A stretch of 56,254 nt of DNA from Octopus bimaculoides (GCF_001194135.2 NC_068989.1:32620242-32676495); one strand, 5' to 3'; counted from the first letter of the stretch, positions 23,345-37,699 are shown. Translations and numbers: made by a program. Notes: a model not told the origin generated them from the sequence alone.

Positions 23345-24287
23345 GGGATTATCACATACACTTTTCTTCCCTTTGTTTTTGTACAAGTGCATTATAGATG
23401 CATCTTTGAACTGCTGGGGAACAGATCCAGTATTCCAGATCAAACAAATGAATTTGCACAGCTTACTTACAAGCTCTCTGCTACCATGTTCATACACCTC
23501 TATGGGAATATCATCTTATCCAAGAGCTTTACCATTAGAAAGTTTTTTGATAGCAGTACTTATCTCTTCCAAGGAAGGATGATCCACTAGTTCTTCAGTT
23601 ATAGATCCCTGGGTATTTCATTGATTACATCATCATTGGTAGTGGATTCTTGATTTGATACAGATTTAAAGTGTTCAGACCATCTTTTCAGAATTTCATC
23701 TTTCCTACTTAAGAGTTTTGTTCCATCATTAGAGGGAATAGATTCTGTACTACCATTTTTGGGGCCAAACACATTTTTCAGAATGTTATACAGTGTTCTC
23801 AAGTTAGCCTGTTCCAATTCTTGGGCTTTATTTTTGTCCACCAAATTTTTCATCTCATGCAGTTTTCTGCTTAGTTTTTTCTAGAGGAGATGTATAGGAA
23901 TCTGGATGTTGGCAAGTTTTTATCTGAAATCCACGTTTTGTGTCTCTTGGGCAAAGTTTCTAGGAGAGGTTTAATTTGAGAATTGCTCTTGTTGGTGTTT
24001 GTGTTTCAGAAATCCTAGAACTACTTCAGCAGATGATTTGATGCTGTCACGAATATTGTGCCACAACACTTCAGGCGTTCCTCAATTTCTGCAAGCTTTG
24101 AATTTAAATGTATTTCAAAATTTTTTGTCACATCTGGATTTTATAAAGAAGCAACATTTTTTCTTGGATGTAAATTGGATTTCAGTGGCCTCTTTCCATA
24201 TGGTTCAACAAATATATCACTGTGAACCATTCTCTGATCCATGTAACACTTGGGAGTTTTGTGAGTTCTGGTTAATCTGAAATCACT
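23345..24287 (-). mobile_element. BovB-type RTE LINE relic (EN end, linker, RT start)
   Basis: LKNVFGPK...DGTKLLSRKDEILKRWSEHFKSV and AIKKLSNGKALG*DDIPIEVYKHG...FKDASIMHLYKNKGKKSVCDN. Confidence 0.85.
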
Positions 24288-24759
24288 NNNNNNNNNNNNN
24301 NNNNNNNNNNNNNNNNNNNNNNNNNNNNNNNNNNNNNNNNNNNNNNNNNNNNNNNNNNNNNNNNNNNNNNNNNNNNNNNNNNNNNNNNNNNNNNNNNNNN
24401 NNNNNNNNNNNNNNNNNNNNNNNNNNNNNNNNNNNNNNNNNNNNNNNNNNNNNNNNNNNNNNNNNNNNNNNNNNNNNNNNNNNNNNNNNNNNNNNNNNNN
24501 NNNNNNNNNNNNNNNNNNNNNNNNNNNNNNNNNNNNNNNNNNNNNNNNNNNNNNNNNNNNNNNNNNNNNNNNNNNNNNNNNNNNNNNNNNNNNNNNNNNN
24601 NNNNNNNNNNNNNNNNNNNNNNNNNNNNNNNNNNNNNNNNNNNNNNNNNNNTTTGAGCCATTAGAAGAACTGTTTAATATTACCAAAGTCTGCAGTGAAA
24701 GGCTCAATTTTGATGACAAAACACTGTACTCCATCCAACTCTAAAGCAAGGGCAAAGTA

Positions 24760-25200
24760 GGTTATTTGACAAGCAAGGGCACAAGCAAGCACACTATCTA
24801 TCCTTCTAAGAGAAGATACTCTGATGCCGAAGCTTCCCATTCTTTATCAAACTCAACAGCCCTTGATACTGAAAGTGACTCTGACGAAGAAGTGAATGAA
24901 GAGTACAATTATGGTGAAGATGACAGAGTTGATCAAAATGATAGTGATAGTGATGGCACTTATTCTGCTACAAGAAGGTACAAGTCTGCAATTGGTCCAA
25001 GATTTATAACTGGAACAAACGTCTCTGCCAACAAAGCTGTGAAAATCTGAAAACAATTGTCAGAAGAGGATATTAATATCCCAGCTCTTAGTCAGCAGGG
25101 CATTTACAATGCACTGTTCAAGAAATTTGGGGAAATGAACAAACACTTGATCGATACGCTACACAATCAGAAATGGAGCCTGCATTTCAATGGTAAACAT
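24760..25200 (+). mobile_element. Probable DDE DNA-transposase fragment (hAT-like)
   Basis: Acidic N-terminal stretch, then IPALSQQGIYNALFK...KWSLHFNGK, resembling the LHWDGK/LHFDGK first-Asp motif (recalled, not searched). Confidence 0.4.
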
Positions 25201-26000
25201 ACTGACATGTTTCAACCAGGACCGCTGGAAAATTCTTGGCTGCTTTGGACAAATGTTTTCCTAAATCTAATCGGTATCATGCTATTTTTAATCAACATAC
25301 CGTGAAGGTATCTTATGCCAACTCTGCTAATTTAGAGCAGCTTATGCATCATATAAACAATAGCAAAATGCGGCAAAGGTTCAATAACCTTTGCAAACAT
25401 TCGCATCTAAATACCAACCAAAGAGATGTAAACCACATTGATAATCATCAACTTCGACCAATTTGTAGTAGTGAAAATACTCATGATAGAGCTAGCACAA
25501 TAACAGTGCCAGTAAATGGAAGTTGGGACTGCCTTATATACAAATAAATACAATAAATGTTCATGCAGAGATAAATCAAAATGTCCTTTGATGAATCTCT
25601 GTATGAGTACAAATCTTGTATATAAATGTACTGTGTACACAAGGGAATGGATATGTTTACATTGGGCAGACAGCTGATTCATTTAAGAATCGTTATCGTA
25701 ACCATGTTGCCAGCTTTAAGTCAATCAATAAGAGACATTCAACACCTTTGACAAATTTTATATGGCAACTGAAGGAAGGTAAAACAAAGTACAACATTAT
25801 TTGGTCCATAGTTAGACATGCAAAACCATACAATGTAATTTCCTGGAGATGCCAGCTCTGCTCCGAGGAATCCCTATCTATTCTGTGGACTAAAGAGAAG
25901 ATACTTAATAGAATTTCTAAATGACTATCGAGATACCTACACACATATAAATGTACTTTCACACATTGCAGTGAGAATATAATTTAATTTACTTTAAGGT
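25200..26000 (+). mobile_element. Penelope-like element relic: post-RT linker and GIY-YIG endonuclease
   Basis: LDKCFPKSNRYHAIFNQHTVKVSYAN and YVYIGQTADSFKNRYRNHVASF...LTNFIWQLK...AKPYNVISWRCQLCSEE, with frameshifts. Confidence 0.9.
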
Positions 26001-26459
26001 ATGGATGACTTAAATTTACTTTTAACCTCCCCATTCCTCTAAACACCAAGTAAATAACTAACTCGCTTTGTGATCATGAGCGTCACAAACCTTGCATGTG
26101 CATATGCTCACTTTTTTGCTGATGCTCGTGTGAGCGTGTGTACTCGTGCCATGCAGCTTGCCCAAGCGTGTTTACACATCCATATCTGTTAACAGTTATT
26201 TTCAATACTTTTCTTGCTGGATTATGTGTTCGTTTCTCTTTTTGTCTTCTGCAATTATATGAAGATTTTTCCTCCGTCGGGCTGTTTTTCTCTCTAAGGG
26301 TACATAATAAAAAATAACAATGATCATCAGAGGAATACTTTATTACATTGTATTCTCTGTAACATAATACAATGTGTGTGCGCGTGTGAAAGAAGAATGA
26401 GAAGTTACACACCTTTAATTGATAATTTATCAAATATAAGTTGCCAGCATATATATCTG

Positions 26460-27680
26460 ATATATATGTTGCATAATACTTTAATATGATGATTTGGCAT
26501 GTTAACCGATCCACATTAAATCAATTATAGCATTACATAGACCTAAAAATTAAATTCCAACATATCATTCTTAAGGAACACCCACACTGTGAAAGATTGT
26601 AGAAGAGGGATCTATCAGGAACTAGTAGTAGTATTGATAACTGACTAAAGCCTACATTGGGCAAAGGGAAATAGAATATTGAGGAGGGATAGAATAGAAA
26701 TGTAGAGGTGGTGATTAAATATGACATAGTAAGAATTCCTATTGGATTTAAACTGAAGATGATCTCAACAAAACATAGAAAAGTGAATGTGTTGTAAGTT
26801 ATTCTAACAACATCTAATATAGGTCAGATAATTGAAGCTATTAACCGCAGGCTAAAGAATAGGAGAGATAACAATGTAGGAGACAGGATATTTAATTCAG
26901 ATTTTAGGGGAAAATTAGTAACCTTATTCAGTATGTAAAAGATAGTAATGTTTTGAGTAAAAATATATTTACAATTTCAAATAAGAGTGAAAAATAATTT
27001 AAACCACGATAAGATTAAAAAATAATTTCAGTATATATTATAGGCGCAGGAGTGGCTGTGTGGTAAATAGCTTACTTACCAACCACATGGTTCCAGGTTC
27101 AGTCTCATTGCGTGGCACCTTGGGCAAGTGTCTTCTACTATAGCCTCAGGCTGAGCAAAGCCTTATGAGTGGATTTGGTAGACGGAAACTGAAAGAAGCA
27201 TGTTGTATGTATATGTATGTGTGTGTGCCTGTGTTTGTCCTCCCAACATCGCTTGACAACCGATGCTGGTGTGTTTACATCCCCGTAACTTAGCGGTTCG
27301 TCAAAAGAGACCAATAGAATAAGTACTAGGTTTACAAAGAATAAGTTCTGGGGTCGATTTGCTCGACTAAAGGTGGTGCTCCAGCATGGCTGCAGTCAAA
27401 TGACTGAAACAAGTAAAAGAATAAAAGAATATATAATATAACCCAAAAGGAGAATTTCAAGGGAGGAAAAATAGTGAAAAACAAATAAATATGAAAAAAA
27501 CATAAAATAATAAATAAATCGGAGAGAATAAATTGATAAATTAGTGGATCTTACTTAAAGTCCAAGAAAGTTATACATAATTCTAAGCACTGAGAGAATT
27601 CAAAAGAAGTTAAACAACTAATAGCACTATCAAAGAAAACAAAAAGTATCCTTGATGATATTAAAGAAATCACTAGGGCA
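26460..27680 (+). repeat. Uncharacterised coding-like repeat, copy 1
   Basis: Matches the reverse complement of 31700-32070 plus 34613-35140. Relic frame VIKYDIVRIPIGFKLK...IEAINRRLKNRRDNNVGDRIFNSDFRGKLVTLFSM*. Confidence 0.75.
27042..27429 (+). mobile_element. tRNA-derived SINE, family A
   Basis: Full head-core-tail. Imperfect tatata(t/a)tata duplication at the flanks; the empty site is visible in the paralog near 31990. Confidence 0.92.
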
Positions 27681-28378
27681 GTAAGCTGGCAGCAACGTTA
27701 GCACGTCTGGCGAAATGCTTAGCAGTATTTCATCTGCCTTTATGTTCTGAGTTCAAATTCTGCCGAGGTCAACTTTGCCTCTCATCCTTTCGGGGTCAAT
27801 AAATTAAGTACCAGTTGCATACTGGGGTCGATCTAATCGACTGTCCCCCCACCCCAAATTTTGGGCCCTGCACCCAGAGTAGAAAATTAAAGAAACCAAA
27901 AAGCAAGAAAAACTGGGATAAATATTGTTGAAAAAGTTAAGAAATAATAGTAATGGTTTCAAATTTTGGCACAACACTAGCAATTGGGGAAGTGGGGCTA
28001 GTCGATTACAATCAACCCCACTGTTCAGCTGGTACTTTTTTTCTTGCCCCTAAAAGGATGAAAGACGAAGTGAACATTGGTGGAATTTGGACTCAGAAAA
28101 GACAAAATGCTGCGAAGCACTTTGCCTTGTGTGCTAATGGTTCTGCCAATTCACTGCCTTAATAATAGTAATAATGGTTTCAAATTTTGGCACAAGGCCA
28201 GCAATTGGGGAAGTTGGGTAGTCATTTACAATGGACCCCAGTGCTCAAGTGGTACCTATTTTATTGACCATGAAAGGATGAAAGGCTAAGAATTGACATT
28301 CAGAACATAAAGTCAGAAGAAATGCTGCTAAGCATTTTGTCTAGTATGCTAATGATTCTTCCAGCGCACAGCCTTAAA
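27678..28378. mobile_element. Three tRNA-derived SINEs, family B (one plus, two minus)
   Basis: Head gctggcag...gttagcac...ctgagttcaaattc, core gcct(t/c)tcatcctttcggggtc...aagtaccag. Copies at about 27678-27885 (+), 27950-28160 (-) and 28172-28378 (-). Confidence 0.88.
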
Positions 28379-28380
28379 TA

Positions 28381-29240
28381 ATCATCATCATCATCATCAT
28401 CGTTTAACGTCCGCTTTCCATGCTAGCATGGGTTGGACGATTTGACTGAGGACTGGTGCAACCGGATGGCTACACCAAGCTCCAATCTAATTTGGCAGAG
28501 TTTCTACAGCTGGATGCCCTTCCTAACGCCAACCACTCAGAGAGTGTAGTGGGTGCTTTTACGTGTCACCCGCACGAAAACGGCCACGCTCGAAATGGTG
28601 TCTTTTATGTGCCACCCGCACAAGAGCCAGTCCAGGGGCACTGGCAACAATCTTGCTCGAAAACCCTACAAGGCCAGTCAGGCGGTACTGGCAACGGTCA
28701 CGCTCAGGATGGTACATCTTATGTGCCACCCGCACAAGAGCCAGTCCAGGGGCACTGGCAACAATCTCACTTGGCTTGCCGGGTCTTCTCACGCACAGCA
28801 CANNNNNNNNNNCCTTCCTAACGCCAACCACTCAGAGAGTGTAGTGGGTGCTTTTACGTGTCACCCGCACGAAAACGGCCACGCTCGAAATGGTGTCTTT
28901 TATGTGCCACCCGCACAAGAGCCAGTCCAGGGGCACTGGCAACAATCTTGCTCGAAAACCCTACAAGGCCAGTCAGGCGGTACTGGCAACGGTCACGCTC
29001 AGGATGGTACATCTTATGTGCCACCCGCACAAGAGCCAGTCCAGGGGCACTGGCAACAATCTCACTTGGCTTGCCGGGTCTTCTCACGCACAGCACATTT
29101 CCAAAGGTCTCGGTCAGTAGTCATCACCTCGGTGAGGCCCAATGTTCGAAGGTCTTGCCTCACCACCTCAGCCCAGGTCTTACTGGGCTTACGTCTTCCA
29201 CGGGTTCCCTCAACTGTTAGGGAGTGGCACTTTTTCACGC
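28381..29240 (-). mobile_element. 5'-truncated RTE LINE 3' end (contains an assembly duplication)
   Basis: (CAT)n tail at 28381, UTR, C-terminal coding end. About 28515-28802 is repeated after the 10-N join. Confidence 0.9.
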
Positions 29241-29302
29241 ATAATAATGATAATAATAATGATAATAATAATAATCATAGTACCACTTCATCAGTAGAAT
29301 AA

Positions 29303-31124
29303 AGGGACTATTCCCATCTAGTTAAACATTTGAAATACAAGCAAACTAGCTCGTTAAGAAAATCTCTATAAGCGATGGAAGTTGTATGTATACTGAGAAG
29401 TTGTTTATTGCCATCTAAACACAGGTGTTCTACAAGAACAGATGATACTGCTATTTTAACCCCAGGAGGATGCCTTCTCCAGCTAGTTATTCAGTATGCT
29501 CCACACTTGATATATATTGCACACAGGGAGAGAACTCCCTACTATTCCAGCTTTGAGATCACCAGATTGCATGGTTTCCACCTTAGAATGGTCATCCTTG
29601 GTGATAGATACTCATCTACTAGGCATAGCAGTAGTTTACACCAATCCTTTGTGATTGATACTCGTCTGCTAGACATAGCAGTAGTTCACCCTGAACTAGT
29701 TTGCTTATTGCAAGATCAGTGGCTGTGTGTCACTTTTTTTCAATATATTGCAAGCTGGGGTTGTTTAACTAGATGTGAATTGTCAATGTCAAAATTTTGC
29801 CTGCAGCTGATTGGGTGGGGTCAAAAGCGGTTTTGACCCCATGGACCCAATCAGCCATGAATCTGGTGTTTCCAGATTTTCTTAAAATGGCTGGTTCTAG
29901 GTATCTGGTGATTCTTGTGGGATGCCCCCCCCCCAAAAAAAAAGTGTCACCTGTGCCAGGAACCAAGACATATTAAAAAAAACTCTCCCCAGGACCAAGG
30001 TATGGTCCTGGAACAGTTAGTGATGGAAGAGCTCCCACCTCCTTCAGAGGAAGAGATGGAGGCAGTGAANNNNNNNNNNNNNNNNNNNNNNNNNNNNNNN
30101 NNNNNNNNNNNNNNNNNNNNNNNNNNNNNNNNNNNNNNNNNNNNNNNNNNNNNNNNNNNNNNNNNNNNNNNNNNNNNNNNNNNNNNNNNNNNNNNNNNNN
30201 NNNNNNNNNNNNNNNNNNNNNNNNNNNNNNNNNNNNNNNNNNNNNNNNNNNNNNNNNNNNNNNNNNNNNNNNNNNNNNNNNNNNNNNNNNNNNNNNNNNN
30301 NNNNNNNNNNNNNNNNNNNNNNNNNNNNNNNNNNNNNNNNNNNNNNNNNNNNNNNNNNNNNNNNNNNNNNNNNNNNNNNNNNNNNNNNNNNNNNNNNNNN
30401 NNNNNNNNNNNNNNNNNNNNNNNNNNNNNNNNNNNNNNNNNNNNNNNNNNNNNNNNNNNNNNNNNNNNNNNNNNNNNNNNNNNNGGTGTAAGCTGTGGCC
30501 TTGACCCAATGGAGGAAGAATATTTGGGTTTCTCCCAAAGGGGAGAGGCAGTGGGAAAGTTTACTAAAAAGTTTGCCAGGGGAGGAGACATAACCTGCAT
30601 TAAAGATCCTGGAAGGCCTCCTCAGGTAGCTGTGGAGGTCATCTCAGACATGGATAATGGACTCCTTCCCAGAAGGTGTATTCCGCTTCTGATTAAGGCA
30701 CCCTGACCTGGCACTATCAGAGTGCTTGAGTGACGTTTTGAGCCTGGTCGGGTACCAGCGGGGCAGAAAATTGTAAAAATTAAGAGGCTGAGTTCCTCAT
30801 ACTGAAAGGGCATATGGTCCATAAGAGAAAATGTAAGAGGCCTAGTGTCTCATTTAAAAGAACATTGTATTATTTTTGGTAAGTGGCTTAGTGCCTCATT
30901 GTAAGGACCTTGAGTCTAAATGGAACATTAGTAACAGGTTTATTACCTCAATTGTATGTTTGTAAAAGAACAATGTTTTAGAGAAGCAGAGATCAGCGGG
31001 CGTCTTCTACCTTCCCTCATTAATACCATTTTTTCATCATTCATCTCATTAATGTTATTGTTCAGCCTGCAGCTACTACTTCTGTGTAATGCCTTGATGA
31101 AATAAACTAGATGTGAATTGTCCT
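29303..31124. mobile_element. Kolobok-like MITE (about 480 bp of its own sequence) with a LINE inserted in its right TIR
   Basis: Left ataa|agggactattcccatctagttaaaca versus right tgtttaactagatgtgaattgtcct|ttaa. TTAA-like target and purine-start TIR. Confidence 0.5.
29785..31104 (+). mobile_element. L1/Tx1-like non-LTR insertion with ORF1 zinc knuckle and 18-bp TSD
   Basis: aactagatgtgaattgtc at 29767-29784 and 31105-31122. CHLCQEPRHIKKNSP knuckle. The 3' end reads ...gatgaaataaa. Contains a 415-bp gap. Confidence 0.75.
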
Positions 31125-31196
31125 TTAAATGTATTTAACTATATGTGAATAGTCATTTTATTCTACTAATGACATGTTACTATGATTATCATTATT

Positions 31197-31640
31197 AAGG
31201 CAGTGAATTGGTAGAATTGTTAGCATGCCAGGCAAAATACTTAGCAGCATTTTGTGTTTTTATGTTGAGTGCAAATGTCGTCAAGGTGAACTTTGCCTTT
31301 CATCATTTCTGGGTCAATTAAATAAGTACCAGTTGATCATGAATTGATGCAATCAACTTACCCACTTCCCTCAAAATTGCTGGCCTTGTGCCAAAATTTG
31401 AAACCATTGTTACTATTATTAAAACAGTGAATTGGCAAATAGTTAGCATGCAGGGCAAAATACTTAGCAGCATTTTGTCTGTCTTTATGTTCTGAATTCA
31501 AATTCCACTAAGGTCAATTTGCCTTCCATCCCTTCAGGGTCAAGAAAATAAGTACCAACTGAACACTGGGATTGACTGTAATCAATAGTTCCCTTCCCCA
31601 ATCGCTGGCATTGGGCCAAAATTTGAAACCATTAACTATT
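31197..31640 (+). mobile_element. Two tandem family-B SINEs
   Basis: aaggcagtgaattgg...ttagcatg heads near 31197 and 31422, each ending caaaatttgaaaccatt(att)n. Confidence 0.85.
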
Positions 31641-32107
31641 ATTATTATTTCTTTATTTTTCCAATGATATTCATTCCACTCTTTCTTGCCTTTAAATTTA
31701 TTGATTTCTTTAATATTATCAAGAGTATATTATGTTTCCTTGACGGTGTTATTAGTTATCTTTTTCTTGTTTCAGTCATTAGACTGAAGCTATGATAAGG
31801 TACTGCCTTTAACTTCTTTTGAATTCTCTCAGTGCTTAGAATTTTGTATAACTTTCTTGGACTTTAAGTAAGATCCACTAATTTATCAATTTATTCTCTC
31901 ATGATTTATTTATTAATCTGTTTTTTTTTTTTCATATTTATTTGTTTTTCATTATTTTACCTCCTTAGAAATTCTCCTCTTGGGTTATATTTTATATACT
32001 GAAATTATTTTTTAATCTTATCTTGGTTTAAATTACTTTTCACTCTTGTTTGAAATTCTAAATATATTTCAACTATTATTATTATTACTATTATTCAAAA
32101 AAAAAAA

Positions 32108-32431
32108 AGGCAGTGAGCTGGCAGAATTGTTAGTACACTGGATGAAATGCTTACCGGTATTTCATTCATCACTATGTTCTGAGTTCAATTCTGCCAAGGT
32201 TGGCATTAATTTTAATCCTTTCAGGATCAATAAATTAAGTATCAGTAAAACGCTGGGGTTTATGTAATTGACTAGTCCCCTTTCCAACAATTTCAGACCT
32301 TGTGTCTATAGTAGAAAGGATTATTATTATTATTATTATTATTAAGGTTATGAGCTGGCAGGATCATTAGCATGCTTGGCAAAATGCTTCATGGCATTTC
32401 ATCCGTCCTTATGTTCTGAGTTCAAATTCCA

Positions 32432-32432
<1 letters not shown>
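32108..32432 (+). mobile_element. Family-B SINE plus a partial second head
   Basis: aaggcagtgagctggcagaattgttag...tagtagaaaggatt(att)n, then a second head truncated at gagttcaaattcca. Confidence 0.85.
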
Positions 32433-33640
<1,208 letters not shown>

Positions 33641-33689
33641 TAGGATGCATGGCCTAGTGTATGATCCATACAATGTGCAAATACTCCAA

Positions 33690-34400
33690 TGTTAGCTTTC
33701 TTGAAGTCAGAAGTAGAGGTTAATAGCTCTACTTCTGACTCCAAGAAAATTAACATTGGAGTATCTGCATGCTGTGCCTTGAAAAACAGCCACAAGACAG
33801 GTAAGCCCTGTTCATTGTACAAAAACATGAGTCAAGTGAATTCCATCAGGAATCATAACAGAAATGTTATGATTTATACAGAAGGTGAGACATGTAGAGA
33901 TTCCCATTTGGTGTACGCAGCAGAATGCATGAAACAACTTGATTTATGTTGGTTGTACAATAGAACAATTAAGCAAAAGATTTAATGAGCACAGATATGA
34001 CATCAGGCACAATAACAATAGTTCAACAGAACTTGCTGAACATTTTGTATCAAAAGGCAGCAACTTTGAAAAAGACTTAAAAGTGCATATTCTCAGAAAA
34101 TATTCTGAATCTGATACACATTCAATACGGAAAATGCATGAGGAGAAAAATGTTTGTAGGTTATTAACATCACACCCTGGAGCAATGAATAAAATGACAG
34201 GAGAATTTCATCAAATTTACACAAAACTGTTTGATTAAATATTCTTCTTTTTTGTTTTCTTTTTTCTCTTTTTTCTTTTTTTTTTTCTTTTTGCTAGTTG
34301 TAAAATTGAAACTTGAAGACTGATGATGTCATTCCGTCAGTGTGTGGACACTGGTTGCTCTCGTTCCTATTTTAGATTTGAATTTCTATAATTTTGAATT
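33690..34400 (+). mobile_element. Penelope-like element relic: Cys linker, GIY-YIG endonuclease, 3' end
   Basis: GKPCSL...TCRDSHLVYAAEC and YVGCTIEQLSKRFNEHRYDI...LAEHF...LKVHIL...GAMN, followed by a T-rich UTR. Confidence 0.88.
34320..34360 (+). ncRNA. Degenerate hammerhead-like relic at the Penelope 3' end
   Basis: CTGATGA at 34320-34326, then a tgtc...gaca stem, but the GAAA box is missing (gacactgg). Confidence 0.3.
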
Positions 34401-34550
34401 TTTATCACTTTTCATTTTGAACTCAACAAAAACAGGCTTGCTGTTGAAATATTGTTCAACCAATAAAATACCTATTGCAATCGCATTGCACTTTTTATCT
34501 TGTCTGTTTACCTTTGTGAAGAGTTATGTCTATCCTTTTAAAATATTATG

Positions 34551-34600
<50 letters not shown>

Positions 34601-35639
34601 GAATGATAATGATAAATATATTTCTTCTCAAAAAAGTACTAACCCTTATATACTGAATAAGGTTATTAATTTTTCCCTAAAATCTGAATTGAATATTGTG
34701 TCTCCTACATTGTTATCTTTGCCATTCTTTAGTCTGTGGTCAATAACTTCAATTATCTGACCTATGTCAGATGTTGTTAGAATAGTTTACAACACATTCA
34801 CTTTTCTATGTTTTGTTGAGATCATCTAGAGTTTAAATCCAATAGGAATTCTTACTATGTCATATTTAATCACCACCTCTGCATTTCTATTCTATCCCTC
34901 CTCAATATTCTTTTTTCCTTTGCCCATTGTGGGCTTTGGTCAATTATCAATACTACTACTAATTCTTGATAGATCCCTCTTCTACAATCTTTCACAGTGT
35001 GGGTGTTCCTTGAGAATGATATATTGGAATTAATTTTTAGATCTATGCAATATTATAATTGATTTAATATGGATTGGTTAACATGCCAAGTCATCACAAA
35101 GTATTATGCAATTCCAGCATATCAGAAATGTACACTGGCAATTTAAATGTTACAAATTGTCAATTAAAATGTGTAAAACCCCATTCTTCTTTGTGCTTTT
35201 TTAAACACAATTTTATATGAAATTATTCAAAGTGAGCTTTGGGTTTACTAATTGAACAGTTGTAAAATTGTAATTATATGGTCTAAACAAATCTTAAAGT
35301 TTATCACCATTTGATCTAGTTAACCAAGTATGGATTACCACAGAGTGCTTAAAAATTATACACCTGGATTTTAAAATCCCTATTTCCTTGTGCTGTGCAT
35401 GCGCACGCACACACAGACACAAACTTGTTACCAGTTCAAATATGCTTGAAGCATACTGAAACCAATAAGAAAGCCATTCACTGTGTTTTGTCATGGAGAA
35501 CAATTCTCACAATAGACAAATAGGTGTAAATATACTGAGTCAGCTCACAGCAACACCTAACCAAACTGTGGGATGCATGCATTTTGGAGTGATTATCTCA
35601 TCTTCAGCCACAGTGACCAAAAAGGGAGGCACTACAAAC

Positions 35640-36340
35640 TGACATGAGGGAACAGGAACGCTTTATGAGTCTCCATATCATCAGTGAAATGGGGCCAAAT
35701 CAGGAGAATAGGGTGGGTGAGCCACATTCACAATCGCAAAACACAGAAGCCATTGAAAGCAAAAACTTGTGTGCTGGAACATTGTCCTGATGAAATAAGA
35801 GTCCTTTCATCAGTTTTCCTGAGTGTCTGGCCTTAATTACCTTTCGTAACTGCCTCGGCAAGTTGATACAGTACTCTCCATTGATGATGTCACCCTTTTG
35901 AAGATAATCAATAAACACAATGCCTGAGGTCATCATTTTCCCTTTAGATGAAACAACCTTGACCTTCTTTGGAGCAAGTGAGGAGGGGTGTTTCCACTGC
36001 ATGGATTGTCTCTTTGTCACTGACTCAAAATGATGAAGCCAACACTCATCATGGGTTAGGAAACATTCAAGGAAACCAGCTGGATCTGCTTCAAACACTG
36101 TCAAGTTTTCCAGTGATGTGATCAGCCTGGTGCGCTTTTGGTCAGGTATCAGATGATTTGGCACCTATTGAGCAGAAACGTTCATCATACCAAGTTCATT
36201 GTGTAGAATATTCTCAACTCTGGAAAGAAAGAATGCAGTTATTAATAAGAACAGCTGAAATTAATGCTTAAAAAATTTCACAGCTATAACATCATTCCTT
36301 CATAGTCAACCTATGAACACTTCAGTCCACCCTTGTATAC
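35640..36340 (-). mobile_element. mariner transposase relic
   Basis: FLTHDECWLHHFE...KRQSMQW...KMM...INGEYC...FHQDNVPAH (first and second Asp motifs). TIR-like tacaagggtggactgaag on the minus strand at about 36320-36339. Confidence 0.9.
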
Positions 36341-36599
36341 ATATGCAGATATATACATACACACATGCATGCACGCACGCATGCACACACACACACACAC
36401 ACATACACACATCTTTTACTGTTTTCAGTTGAAGAATGAGGCCATGCTGGGACACTGCCTTTTAAAATGGTTGAGTTTCTTTTCTATATTATTTCTTGTG
36501 AAATAGCTAGTTAGACAGAACCACTTTTCCTTGTGCATCCTGTTATGATGTGGATTTATTTGGTATCTCAGATAAAAGTTTGTCCAGTCATTCTTTGAA

Positions 36600-37190
36600 G
36601 ACTTCCATATCTTCACCTCACAAACCTCTGAGGTTGTTTGACAGAATGTTAAATAATTGTAGGCCCTTGGAACTCAAACTGTTACAGTACTGGGTCCTTA
36701 TTCTCAATGAAGAAGATGGGGTCTTTGGTACTATGCTGTGCCATGTAGTTCAGTGGTTGGCACAGCTTTCAATTCCAAAGTTGGTAGCTAGACCTTCCAG
36801 GATCTTTCATATGTAAATCACTGCATGTCTTTTGTGTCTTCTCTGTAAAGAGTAAAACTTCAGTTCCTTCAGCCTCTCCCAGTTACTCATCTGTTGCACC
36901 AGGTGTCTTCTTTGTCTAGTGGCACTGAATTACCTCAAGTTCCACCACCAGTTTGAGCTCTGTGCTGATCACAGTTGGGAGGAGTAATCCTGATGACTGA
37001 GAATGAAACCTCCATAGGAGTAGCATGGTATCTTTTTTCCTGATTCTGAATGGTCTCAGAAGCCAACCAGTCACTCACCTGCGCAGTGTTGCCATCTTGA
37101 TAAATATGCACATGGAATGTTGTATCATTACTCATATGGATTTCCAGATATCACACCGACTTTGACTCTGGGATTGCAGATTTGAAAAGG
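36600..37190 (-). mobile_element. CR1-type LINE relic (RT C-terminus)
   Basis: Minus strand LEIHMSNDTTFHVH and ELKLYSLQRRHKRHAVIYI*KILEGL. Confidence 0.75.
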
Positions 37191-37249
37191 GCCTTAAAGT
37201 TAATTTATCAAAGACCAAAGTACTAATAAGCAGTAAAGCAGACAAATTA

Positions 37250-37680
37250 CTAATCTCTGAAGGGATTAGTGGCCCTGCTTGGTATGTAGGAAATGTGTAA
37301 GTAAAAATTCTCTATGGTGTACCCAGTGCAAACTATGAACATATAAGAAGTACTGCAGAATCACAGGAAGTTTAAGAGAGAAAGTAGTCTTTGTGTGTGG
37401 CATATGTGCAGGAACTATAAACTCTAAGAAAACATTGAAAATAGATTTCTTCCAATGCCCAGAGGAATTCTTAGAGGAAGTAGAAGTTACCTAGGTGACC
37501 AAGTTAGCAGTGGTGGGGGATGCTCTGACAGCAATGCTGCTAGAATTAGAACCAGCTGGACAAATTTCAGCAGTAACAAAGGGCCTCCCTTAGAGTGAAA
37601 GGCAGACTGTATGATGCTTGTATATGAACAGCTATGTTATATGGTAGTGAAATGTGGGCTTTTGCTGCAGTCCACAAAGA
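37250..37680 (+). mobile_element. Highly diverged RTE relic (same PHD-bearing family)
   Basis: WPCLVCRKCVSKNSLWCTQCKL and YLGDQVSSGGGCSD. Confidence 0.75.
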
Positions 37681-37699
37681 CATGAACAAAGTGCTGCTG

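Noticed and set aside
26060-26100. Possible hammerhead downstream of the first Penelope relic (gtga...tcac-aaac)
   Set aside because: No CUGANGA box and no intact GAAA.
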